DNA of 64,000 nt from Candidatus Latescibacterota bacterium (lineage in GTDB: Bacteria; Latescibacterota; UBA2968; UBA8231): the NCBI GenBank assembly GCA_965217585.1, contig OZ244561.1, forward strand, positions 3,776,001 to 3,840,000, in the 5' to 3' direction. Numbering within the stretch: position 1 is the first letter of the stretch; each line of letters starts with the position of its first letter. Below are positions 56,193 through 64,000 of this stretch, piece by piece. The translations under genes and the position numbers were made by a program. The notes beneath the pieces were generated by a model, which was given only the letters and a program-made list of their open reading frames with translations, was not told the origin of the DNA and made no database searches.

Positions 56193-57355
56193 TGAACCTG
56201 ACTCGCTTGCCTGTGAACCTTCGTTATTTTTTGCGTGGGACTCAACATTTTTTTCGTCATCGCCATCATCTGGTGTTCTGTTGGAGTATGACGCTGTTGT
56301 TAATCTATCAAGATAAAGCGACGCTGTGTGGTTTAGCCCGCTTGGGGCCTAACCATATAGCGGAATGGCACTTACGTCGCTTGCTGAGTGCGACCTACTG
56401 GAGTTGGCGGTTGCTGTTGGGGTACTTGGTTGATGCGGTGATCGCCGGGCTGCCACCGGCGGAAGACGGTCGGGTGTTGGTGATCGTCGACGGGACCTAC
56501 AAAGCCAAGGTGGCCAAGAAACATCCGTTGGTGCGCAAAGCCCGCGCCGATGGCTATAGTCCCTTTCTGTGGGGGTTTGAAGTGATCCTGGTCATGCTGC
56601 AGTGGGGCAATTATCGAATCCCTATCGATTTCGAGTTGGTTCGGCGTAAAGAAGACCCGGCCTATCAGAAGCCCAATGTGTTGTTTCGTCAGATGCTGAC
56701 CGCCTTGGTACCACCGGCTTGGGCCCAGCAAGTGATCGTGGTCGCCGATGCCGGGTTTCCCGCTAAAGAAACGCTGCACTTGATCCAGCAACGAGGCTTC
56801 TTTTTCGTCATGAGTCTGCCCCGCACCTGGAAGTTTGAAGACGGCCATACGCTCAAAGATTGGGTCCATCATACGCGCCATACCTGTTATCGAAAAATCT
56901 GGTTTCGTCCGCACGGCTCCCGTCGGCGGGTCTATTGGGTCTACCGCGGTCGTAAACGCCTGCGACACATCGGAGATGTCACGTTGGTCTTGAGCAAGAA
57001 ACGGCGCAACGATTCGCCGAAACAAACCAAAATCCTGGTGACCAATCTACCGGACGTGACCGCAGGCCAACTCGTCGTGTTGTATACCCGCCGCTGGCAC
57101 GTGGAACTGCTCATCAAAGAATTGAAAGGGGCCACCGGATTAGGACAAGCCCAGGTGACCAAGCAGACCCAACGAGTCGAACGCTCCGTCGCGTTGTCCG
57201 TTATGGCCTACTTGGTTTTGATCCATTTTCGGCAGCGGGATATTCCCCACCAAGGACCGTGGAGTGCGTTTACCCTCAAGCGAAATTTTGCTTGGGAGTG
57301 TGCGCGAAAACAGATTGAACATAACCAAAAACGAACCTACACAAAGGCCGCCTAA
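56189..57355 (+). CDS. DDE transposase (IS4/IS701-like)
   Basis: IVDGT, VADAGF, YTRRWHVELLIKELK (YREK motif). Confidence 0.92.
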   Translation: MLNLTRLPVNLRYFLRGTQHFFRHRHHLVFCWSMTLLLIYQDKATLCGLARLGPNHIAEWHLRRLLSATYWSWRLLLGYLVDAVIAGLPPAEDGRVLVIVDGTYKAKVAKKHPLVRKARADGYSPFLWGFEVILVMLQWGNYRIPIDFELVRRKEDPAYQKPNVLFRQMLTALVPPAWAQQVIVVADAGFPAKETLHLIQQRGFFFVMSLPRTWKFEDGHTLKDWVHHTRHTCYRKIWFRPHGSRRRVYWVYRGRKRLRHIGDVTLVLSKKRRNDSPKQTKILVTNLPDVTAGQLVVLYTRRWHVELLIKELKGATGLGQAQVTKQTQRVERSVALSVMAYLVLIHFRQRDIPHQGPWSAFTLKRNFAWECARKQIEHNQKRTYTKAA

Positions 57356-57507
57356 GACAACTACCTGTCGAATTCAACTAAGTAGAGTTCCAGCGCATCC
57401 GCTACTTGGCTAAGTAGAGGCAACGAGAAATACTGTTCGAACCAGTCTCCGACCAACTGACCGAGTTTGTGTCCGGATGAAGCTAGTCCCGCCATAGTTT
57501 ACTCCAC

Positions 57508-58797
57508 TCACCCACCCACCCACAGTCGCCCTTCGTGCAAGGGCACTCTATGCTTTCTGTTTTTCCATTTCACATTTCGATCCCGCAACTTTTCAAAGTG
57601 GAAGTATTTGAAACCGACTGCGACCGCCAGTCGACCAAGCCATTGATCAATGGGCACATATACTCCGTATGGTGCCGAATCTCCGATGACAAAACACGCC
57701 GTTGCCCCTTCTCGACAAATCCGCCTCAACTCGCGCCAAACCTTGGCCATATCGACAAAATAGGCGGCTATCATAGTATGATAGTGTTTTTTCCCACCGT
57801 GCAGCAGGCGCTCTTCTGACAATTTGTTGCACACTTTCGCCAACTCGGTGCCAATAGGCGCGATAACTTCTTCGCTCAATAAATCACTCAGTTCCAGCTT
57901 TTCTTTTGACGCGTGCTGGGAAGACGACCTTATCAGGTACTTCCTCACTGACTCATGAAGGTCTCCCCAAGAAGAAATTTCCTCCCAAAAAGACATTTCA
58001 AATCGAGTCGCATCCGCGTAGTCGTAATTGTTGGCATAAGGAGGCGAGGTGATGACCAAGTCCACACTCCTGTCTTGCACCTGGGGAAAATCCCTCGCGT
58101 CTCCGCGTAGCAAGTTAGCTTGGGAACAGTCTGCCTTTCGCTGATATTCCTCCATATCGGCACTCATAAGGGCGATTTGGTTTGCGAAAGCGACAAAGGG
58201 TTCGGTAGTGGCTTTTTTTGTTTTATTGGGAAGGATATACTGCCATTGCGCCGTACCAGCCGAAGAAGATGGACGCAGGATTGCCGTAAGAGCCAACCAA
58301 ACCAGTTTAGCAGCGGAACTTCCATCGTCGATAGCTTGCCAACTGCTCTTCAATTTGTCTAAACTATTGAGCGTATTTTCGTCGAAGCACTTATAAATTA
58401 GCTGCGGATATTTGGTCGAAGACTTCTTCCCTTTGCGTGCTCTCTCCATCATTTCGTTACCTTTGTCGCGTAGTTGGGTGGCGGAAGTATGCCATAGCAA
58501 TTTGCCAGCGGCGATCCGTGCGACAAAAGGATGAGCTTCCACTCCCCAACTAGGTATCCCCATGCCATCAGCTACCAATAAAGTAGTACCTGAGCCGGCA
58601 AAAGGATCACATATAGTCACTTCGCCCTTCTCAGCTATGTGGTCAGTTAGTACACTTTCTACCCACTGCGCGGAAAAACCGGCTGAATACTTGAACCAGC
58701 GGTGGATGGGCAGTTTCATATTATCTACAAACGTGCCAGATCGTTCGTTTTTTTTTGCGGTAGACCGCAAATCGGGAAAAAGGGGTAGTGTAGTCAT
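57508..58797 (-). CDS. Amino-DNA methyltransferase, likely N4-cytosine, alpha motif order
   Basis: IHRWFKY, DPFAGSGTT (motif I) precedes ITSPPY (motif IV); low GC. Confidence 0.9.
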   Translation of the reverse strand: MTTLPLFPDLRSTAKKNERSGTFVDNMKLPIHRWFKYSAGFSAQWVESVLTDHIAEKGEVTICDPFAGSGTTLLVADGMGIPSWGVEAHPFVARIAAGKLLWHTSATQLRDKGNEMMERARKGKKSSTKYPQLIYKCFDENTLNSLDKLKSSWQAIDDGSSAAKLVWLALTAILRPSSSAGTAQWQYILPNKTKKATTEPFVAFANQIALMSADMEEYQRKADCSQANLLRGDARDFPQVQDRSVDLVITSPPYANNYDYADATRFEMSFWEEISSWGDLHESVRKYLIRSSSQHASKEKLELSDLLSEEVIAPIGTELAKVCNKLSEERLLHGGKKHYHTMIAAYFVDMAKVWRELRRICREGATACFVIGDSAPYGVYVPIDQWLGRLAVAVGFKYFHFEKLRDRNVKWKNRKHRVPLHEGRLWVGG

Positions 58798-59111
58798 TTA
58801 TTCTTATTCTATGTGGAAGCAAATTTTATGCCCACACACCACTGCCGAGTGGTCTAGCTTGAGGTATGAATGGTATTTATGCTATCGCTTCTAAAAGTTG
58901 GGATGTTACCTATACTACACAGGAGTACTTCCCAGAGAGTAACTCGCAAACAAAGCCTAGTCGCGCAGTACTTGCAAGTAGGCTACATTAAACGAAAGTA
59001 GGCGCTATCGCTTTGCAAATCAAGAACACGACACCTCAACCTGCCCTCCACCTCGGCTAACTAGGCTAGGCTTCTGGCAATTGCTGAAAGAAATGCGAGA
59101 TAGAGACCTCT

Positions 59112-61007
59112 ATGCGCTACGCTACCCGCTTCAACGGCATCCCCTTGTCCGTCACTCTCGCGGCGGACCCGGCGTTGGAGGATCGGCTCCTCGACGCCCC
59201 CGGCACCTATGCGGATGACCGCTACGAGTACTCCTGCATCGAAACGCCCCTTGGTCCCAAAAGTCTGCTGCTGACATGGCGATTGCGCCGGGTGGATGGC
59301 AGCCCATTTAAGATCGCCTCATTCAAAGCGGAAGCCGCAGTACCTGGCCTAGACCTGCACCGCGTCTTCGTGCCCGTGCTACACGAGGCCATCGGCAAGC
59401 GCGACCTGATCAGCCTGCCCTGGGGCGTTGAGGAGCGCACCTTCACCTCTTGGTCCTTCCCCTTCGTCGCCGCGCTAAACCGCTTTGACCAGAACCGCTT
59501 CTGCATGGGCTTTATGGACCACGTCCATGCGGCGGAGACCCGTCATAGCTGCTACGACGAAGACGCCAACATGTCCTTGCAGCGCCTCTTCGATCCCGCT
59601 CCCCGCGAGACTAGCGTCTGGGAAGAGACGCTCTACCTGTCCTGCGAGGACCACCCCGTCTTCGACGAGGTACGCGCCTTCTCGCGCACCTACGACGAGC
59701 TGCACCAGGTCGCTCTGCCGCCAACGCCGGCCTCGGTGTGGGAACCGGTCTGGTGCTCCTGGTACGGCATCAAAAACGATGTCGATGCCGACTATATCCG
59801 CACTATGACACCCCTGCTCAAAGAATGGGGCATTGGCAATATCATCGTCGATGCGGGCTGGTTCAAAGGCGACGGCTTCGACCCCGACACCGGCCACTAC
59901 ATTCCCGACGTAAGCAAATTTCCCGACCTCAAGGGCCTCGTCGAAGAGGTTCAGTCCCAAGGCTTGACCATCCTGCTGTGGTGCGCGCCGCTGTTCAATA
60001 TCAGCGGTCTGGCCGACGTTCCCTTCATACAAAAGCACCGCTTCCGCGCCGCAGACTCCGACGAAGCGAACAACTTCCTCTGTCCCCGCTGCCCTGCGGT
60101 GCGCCAATACGCCTGGCGCACAGTCAAACACCTGATGCAGACCTACGGCTGCAACGGCCTCAAGATCGACTTCATTGATCCACTGCAAGACCGCGCCAGC
60201 CTGCCCTGCACCACCGACCACGAGCACGATATCGCCGACTACGGTGAGGCCGTGTACGACCTGCTCCAAGGCATCTACCGGGCCGCCACGCAAGTGCGCG
60301 CCGACGCCCTACTCGAATACCGCATGAACTACTCGACCCTCGCCACCCGGCCCTTTGCCACCAGCCACCGCGCCCAAGACGCACCCTTCGATCCCGACCA
60401 CATCCGCCGCATGTGTACTCGGCTCAAAAGCTATATTCTCAACCCGGAAGCTGGCCGCTCAGGCAACGTGGCGGTACACACCGACCCGGCCTACTGGCTA
60501 CCCGAGGAAAGTCCCGCAAACGTCGGCCGCTTTATGGCCAGCCTCGTCGCAAGTGCCGTGCCCATGCTCTCGATGGACCTGCGCGCTTTGCCCGCCGAGC
60601 ACCAGCGCATCACCCGCGCTTGGCTCGCCTTTTATCGCCAGCACCGCGACCTGTTGCTCTTCGGCCACCAACAGCTCCTCAGCGCCGATCCTCACCACTC
60701 GCTCTTTTCCTTGCACCTTGGCGACGAAGTACTCTGGGGAGCCTTCACTCCCACCTTCCCCGGCCTGCTCGCAGTGCCCTCGACGAACATTCGCCGGATG
60801 TGGATCCTCAACGGCGGTGCCCAAGAGCGCCTCTATACTCGTATAGAAGGCGTCGAAGGCGAGTGCCTCCAAGCCCAAGTTTACGACCGGGGGCTAGAAA
60901 AAACCGCGGCCATCAAATTGCTGGTGGAAGACCGTGCCGTTATCCTAGACCTCGCGGTGGAAATCGGCGGGGTCCTCGAACTACAGTCAGGTAGTGAATG
61001 TCTTTAA
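59112..61007 (+). CDS. Glycoside hydrolase family 36 (alpha-galactosidase-like)
   Basis: WCSWY, VDAGWF, KFPD, GLKIDF. Confidence 0.88.
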   Translation: MRYATRFNGIPLSVTLAADPALEDRLLDAPGTYADDRYEYSCIETPLGPKSLLLTWRLRRVDGSPFKIASFKAEAAVPGLDLHRVFVPVLHEAIGKRDLISLPWGVEERTFTSWSFPFVAALNRFDQNRFCMGFMDHVHAAETRHSCYDEDANMSLQRLFDPAPRETSVWEETLYLSCEDHPVFDEVRAFSRTYDELHQVALPPTPASVWEPVWCSWYGIKNDVDADYIRTMTPLLKEWGIGNIIVDAGWFKGDGFDPDTGHYIPDVSKFPDLKGLVEEVQSQGLTILLWCAPLFNISGLADVPFIQKHRFRAADSDEANNFLCPRCPAVRQYAWRTVKHLMQTYGCNGLKIDFIDPLQDRASLPCTTDHEHDIADYGEAVYDLLQGIYRAATQVRADALLEYRMNYSTLATRPFATSHRAQDAPFDPDHIRRMCTRLKSYILNPEAGRSGNVAVHTDPAYWLPEESPANVGRFMASLVASAVPMLSMDLRALPAEHQRITRAWLAFYRQHRDLLLFGHQQLLSADPHHSLFSLHLGDEVLWGAFTPTFPGLLAVPSTNIRRMWILNGGAQERLYTRIEGVEGECLQAQVYDRGLEKTAAIKLLVEDRAVILDLAVEIGGVLELQSGSECL

Positions 61008-62917
61008 CTCTAATTCTCTTGTCTTTGTCGGCGGCGATCCGAGTCGGAGCAGCCGATTCGCCCGTTGCTGTCGGCGTCCCCCCGGAAGTGCTAGATCCCC
61101 CTTGGCTGGAGAGCCGCCGTCAGGCCCAAGTGGCCGCAGCCGCAGGCTATGCGGTCTTCTGTGATTTCAGCTTCACCGACCGCCAGCCCGCAAGCGGCAT
61201 TGCCTTCCACCACCACATCGTCGATGACTCGGGGCGGCACTACCGGCCCAATCACTACGACCACGGCAATGGGATTGCCCTGGCGGACGTCGATGGCGAC
61301 GGGCGCACGGACCTCTACTTCGTCAATCAAGCCGGGCCGAACGGGCTGTGGCGCAACGTGGGCGGCGGCCAATTCGCCGACATCACCGAGCGGGGCGGCG
61401 TGGCGCTCGCCGACCGCATCGGCGTGACCGCTTCCTTCGCCGACCTAGACAACGACGGAGCACCCGACCTGTACGTCACTAACGTGCGCGTGGGCAATGT
61501 TCTCTTTCGCAACCAAGGCGACGGGCGCTTTGCGGATATTTCACAAGAGTCTGGCCTCGATCACCAGGGACATTCTTCGGCGGCCCTCTTCTTCGACTAC
61601 GACCGCGACGGACAGCTCGACCTCTTTTTGACCAATGTTGGGCGGTACACCGAGCGCGGCGATCCGGTCGCGGTTATTGGCTTTGCGCCCGAGGAGCGAC
61701 CGGATCAGTACCACTACTATGTCGGCTTCAAGGACGCCTTTGCCGGGCACCTCAAGCCCGAGCGCACCGAGCCGAGCCTGCTCTTCCGCAATGCAGGCGA
61801 AAACCGCTTTGTCGATGTGACCGAGGATGTTGGGATCAAGGCCGATGGTTGGTCTGGCGACGCGGTGCCGCTAGACGCCAACGAAGACGGCTGGCCAGAC
61901 CTATACGTACTGAACATGCAGGGGCACGACCAATACTACGAAAACGACCAAGGCCAGCGCTTTATCGACAAGAGCCTAGCGATCTTCCCGCGCACGCCGT
62001 GGGGGGCCATGTCGGCCCAGATCCTCGACTTTGACAACGACGGCCACCAAGACCTCTACATCACCGACATGCACTCGGACATGAGCGAGGACATTGGGCC
62101 GGAGCGCGAAAAGCTCAAGTCGCGCATGCAGTGGACCGAGAGCTTTCTCCGCTCGGGCGGGCGCAGCATCTACGGCAACGCCTTTTACCACCGCCAAACC
62201 GACGGCACTTACGCCGAGATTTCCGACTCCGTCGGCGCGGAAAACTACTGGCCTTGGGGGCTGAGCGCGGGCGACCTCAACGCCGACGGGTACGAAGATG
62301 TCTTTATCGCCGCCAGCATGAACTACGCCTTCCGCTACGCGGTCAACTCCTTATTGCTCAACGACCACGGCAAGGGCTTCCTCGATGCTGAATTTGCTCT
62401 TGAGGTCGAGCCGCGACGCGAGGGGCGTACGGCCATGCCGTGGTTTGTCTTAGATTGCAGTGGGGAGTACGCAGCCCATCCCGACTGCGAGGGGCGCAGC
62501 GGCCCCCACGTCTTCTGGGGGGCATTAGGATCGCGCGCGTCGGCCCTCGCCGATCTAGACGACGATGGGGACTTAGACATTGTCACTAACGAGTTCAATG
62601 CACCGCCGCTGCTGTTAATCAGCGATTTGAGCGACCAAAAAGCGGATCTCAACTTTCTCAAGATCCGCCTGATAGGCACCCGCTCCAACCGCGACGGTCT
62701 CGGCGCAGTAGTCAGCGTCCACACCCGTACCCAAACCTACACCCGAGTACACGACGGCAAGTCCGGCTACCTCTCGCAGAGCCTCTTGCCGCTCTACTTC
62801 GGACTCGGGCCGACCAGCACCGTCGAGCGCATCGAGGTGCAGTGGCCCTCTGGCACCGCGCAGACCGTCGCCGGTCCCATCGAGAGCAACCAACTCGTCG
62901 AAATCAGGGAGCCGTAG
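60998..62917 (+). CDS. CRTAC1/ASPIC-UnbV FG-GAP repeat protein
   Basis: DVDGDGRTD, DLDNDGAPD, SNRDGLGA, SGYLSQS..LYFGLG..IEVQWP. Confidence 0.93.
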   Translation: MSLTLILLSLSAAIRVGAADSPVAVGVPPEVLDPPWLESRRQAQVAAAAGYAVFCDFSFTDRQPASGIAFHHHIVDDSGRHYRPNHYDHGNGIALADVDGDGRTDLYFVNQAGPNGLWRNVGGGQFADITERGGVALADRIGVTASFADLDNDGAPDLYVTNVRVGNVLFRNQGDGRFADISQESGLDHQGHSSAALFFDYDRDGQLDLFLTNVGRYTERGDPVAVIGFAPEERPDQYHYYVGFKDAFAGHLKPERTEPSLLFRNAGENRFVDVTEDVGIKADGWSGDAVPLDANEDGWPDLYVLNMQGHDQYYENDQGQRFIDKSLAIFPRTPWGAMSAQILDFDNDGHQDLYITDMHSDMSEDIGPEREKLKSRMQWTESFLRSGGRSIYGNAFYHRQTDGTYAEISDSVGAENYWPWGLSAGDLNADGYEDVFIAASMNYAFRYAVNSLLLNDHGKGFLDAEFALEVEPRREGRTAMPWFVLDCSGEYAAHPDCEGRSGPHVFWGALGSRASALADLDDDGDLDIVTNEFNAPPLLLISDLSDQKADLNFLKIRLIGTRSNRDGLGAVVSVHTRTQTYTRVHDGKSGYLSQSLLPLYFGLGPTSTVERIEVQWPSGTAQTVAGPIESNQLVEIREP

Positions 62918-64000
62918 CACGTCCGCGCAGTTGTTTGAATCCGCGTAGCGCTCCGCGCTCTCCGGGGTCTATTTCCCGCGCCCGCGCAAAGGCCGCCGCC
63001 GCTCGCTCCTCATCTTTTTCTAGCAAGGCAATCGTCCCGAGCACGGTGTGCCGCCGGGCAGCAAAGCGCCGTTCGAGTGCTTCGACCACCTCCGTGGGCG
63101 TGTCTACCGGTAGGTACGGTTGGGGGTTGGTAACTAGGTGTTCGGCCAAGCTCCTAAGTACGGGCAAGCCACCGCTGGTGCCACGGCGACGGCGGTCGGT
63201 AAAGCTGATGTAGGGGCGGTCGTCCGTATTGATCGGCCCGCTGCCCGCGTAGGCCGCTAGCTCCTTTTCGCCCAAGACTAAGGCGCTCAAAAAAGAGGGC
63301 GGATCGCCCAGATCCACCGAGCGCAAATTCGCCCGCACCGCTGGCTGCCCTAGCTTGCGCTCGAGCGCAGCGTAGTCTATGCGCAGTGCGCCCGGCGTGC
63401 CCAGCAGGATCGAGTACTGATGGGTCAGCCACAGCGAAGCGTGCGGATACACGGCCCGGAAGGTCCGCAGGATCATCTTGTAGTCCTCCACCGACAGCCC
63501 GTGCAGCGGTAGCCACTGCGCTACCAGTCCGTCCGGGCCGACGCGGCGGCGGCAGAGCCGGTAGAACTCCTCCGTATAGAGCACCCAGCTATCAGCCGTG
63601 CCCGGATGCGTGGCATCGCAGATGATGGCGTCGTATTGCCGCCGCGTGCGCAGCACATGATTGCGGCCATCTTCGGCGACCAGTTCGAGGGGTGCTTGGT
63701 CGAGGCGGGTGGCGATCTGGCGATTGTGGCGGGCAAAATAGGGCGCAGCTCGCGGGACGCCCGGCACCAGTTCGGCACAGTCGAGGCGCTCTGGCCGGTG
63801 CAACTCGGCTGCGGACAGGGTGATGCCACCGCCAAAAGCAATGACCAGCACCTCGGCTGGGTCGGGGTGCAAAACCAGCGGTAAGTGCCCCAGCAGGCGA
63901 AAGGTCTGCAGCGACGCGTAGTCAGTGGGGACCTCGCCTCCGCCGTTGACCTTGAGGATCCGCACGCCGTCCTGTTTCTGGTGGACCGAGACCGTGGCAC
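62904..64000 (-). CDS. C-terminal part of a spermidine-synthase-like protein with terminal TPR (5' end outside window)
   Basis: VLVIAFGGGIT, EDGRN, YDAIICD, LYTEEFY, QWLPLH, INTDDRP. Confidence 0.85.
   Translation of the reverse strand, partial: ATVSVHQKQDGVRILKVNGGGEVPTDYASLQTFRLLGHLPLVLHPDPAEVLVIAFGGGITLSAAELHRPERLDCAELVPGVPRAAPYFARHNRQIATRLDQAPLELVAEDGRNHVLRTRRQYDAIICDATHPGTADSWVLYTEEFYRLCRRRVGPDGLVAQWLPLHGLSVEDYKMILRTFRAVYPHASLWLTHQYSILLGTPGALRIDYAALERKLGQPAVRANLRSVDLGDPPSFLSALVLGEKELAAYAGSGPINTDDRPYISFTDRRRRGTSGGLPVLRSLAEHLVTNPQPYLPVDTPTEVVEALERRFAARRHTVLGTIALLEKDEERAAAAFARAREIDPGERGALRGFKQLRGRATAP

Larger units (their letters stand above)
56080..57377 (+). mobile_element. IS4/IS701-like insertion sequence (~1.3 kb)
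   Basis: Perfect 17-bp TIR TTGAATTCGACAGGTAG; CTAAGTA repeated at 56072-56078 and 57378-57384. Confidence 0.92.
55254..57495 (-). pseudogene. Type II restriction endonuclease (311 aa when rejoined), interrupted by an IS
   Basis: Removing 56079-57384 restores MAGLASSGHKLGQLVGDWFE...ELYLDNRF...DYDFVLE...FVECFWRR in one frame; 12 bp downstream of the MTase. Confidence 0.8.

Noticed and set aside
1-64000. tRNA, rRNA, riboswitch or prophage genes
   Set aside because: None recognisable by eye; covariance-model searches were not run, so small RNAs cannot be excluded

Overview
GC-rich bacterial chromosomal window. The inferred source is a Latescibacterota/Poribacteria-like FCB-related lineage, based on C-terminal SWGxxK tails, FlgD-Ig/PNGDGxND tails, three PhyH dioxygenases and a DUF6785-type membrane protein; the taxonomy was not tested. 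Layout: (1) 1-2 kb TPR fragment, Gfo/Idh/MocA gene and a broken cyclase. (2) 2-10 kb translationally coupled defence-type operon: two ABC-ATPase + TOPRIM-like pairs, MNT-HEPN and a DUF499 ATPase, cut at its 5' end by an IS903-like IS5 element and ending in a deleted remnant. (3) 11.4-16 kb decayed tandem array of secreted protein + M6-protease-like modules and other deletion scars. (4) 16-27.6 kb catabolic genes. (5) 27.6-30.5 kb TA/ATPase islet with 32-bp palindromic repeats. (6) 30.5-49.9 kb tightly packed 11-gene minus-strand operon: CBM9-like secreted protein, three paralogous secreted proteins with a hybrid sorting tail, two paralogous ~920-950 aa predicted outer-membrane barrels, a PPIase lipoprotein and four cytoplasmic catabolic genes. 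This is the best candidate for an undescribed system. (7) 50-64 kb TPR, beta-helix, two CRTAC1/ASPIC-UnbV proteins, GH36 and a spermidine-synthase-like gene, interrupted by a low-GC type II R-M cassette whose endonuclease is split by an IS. No rRNA, tRNA or CRISPR array was seen. All family calls come from motif recognition by eye, not database searches.
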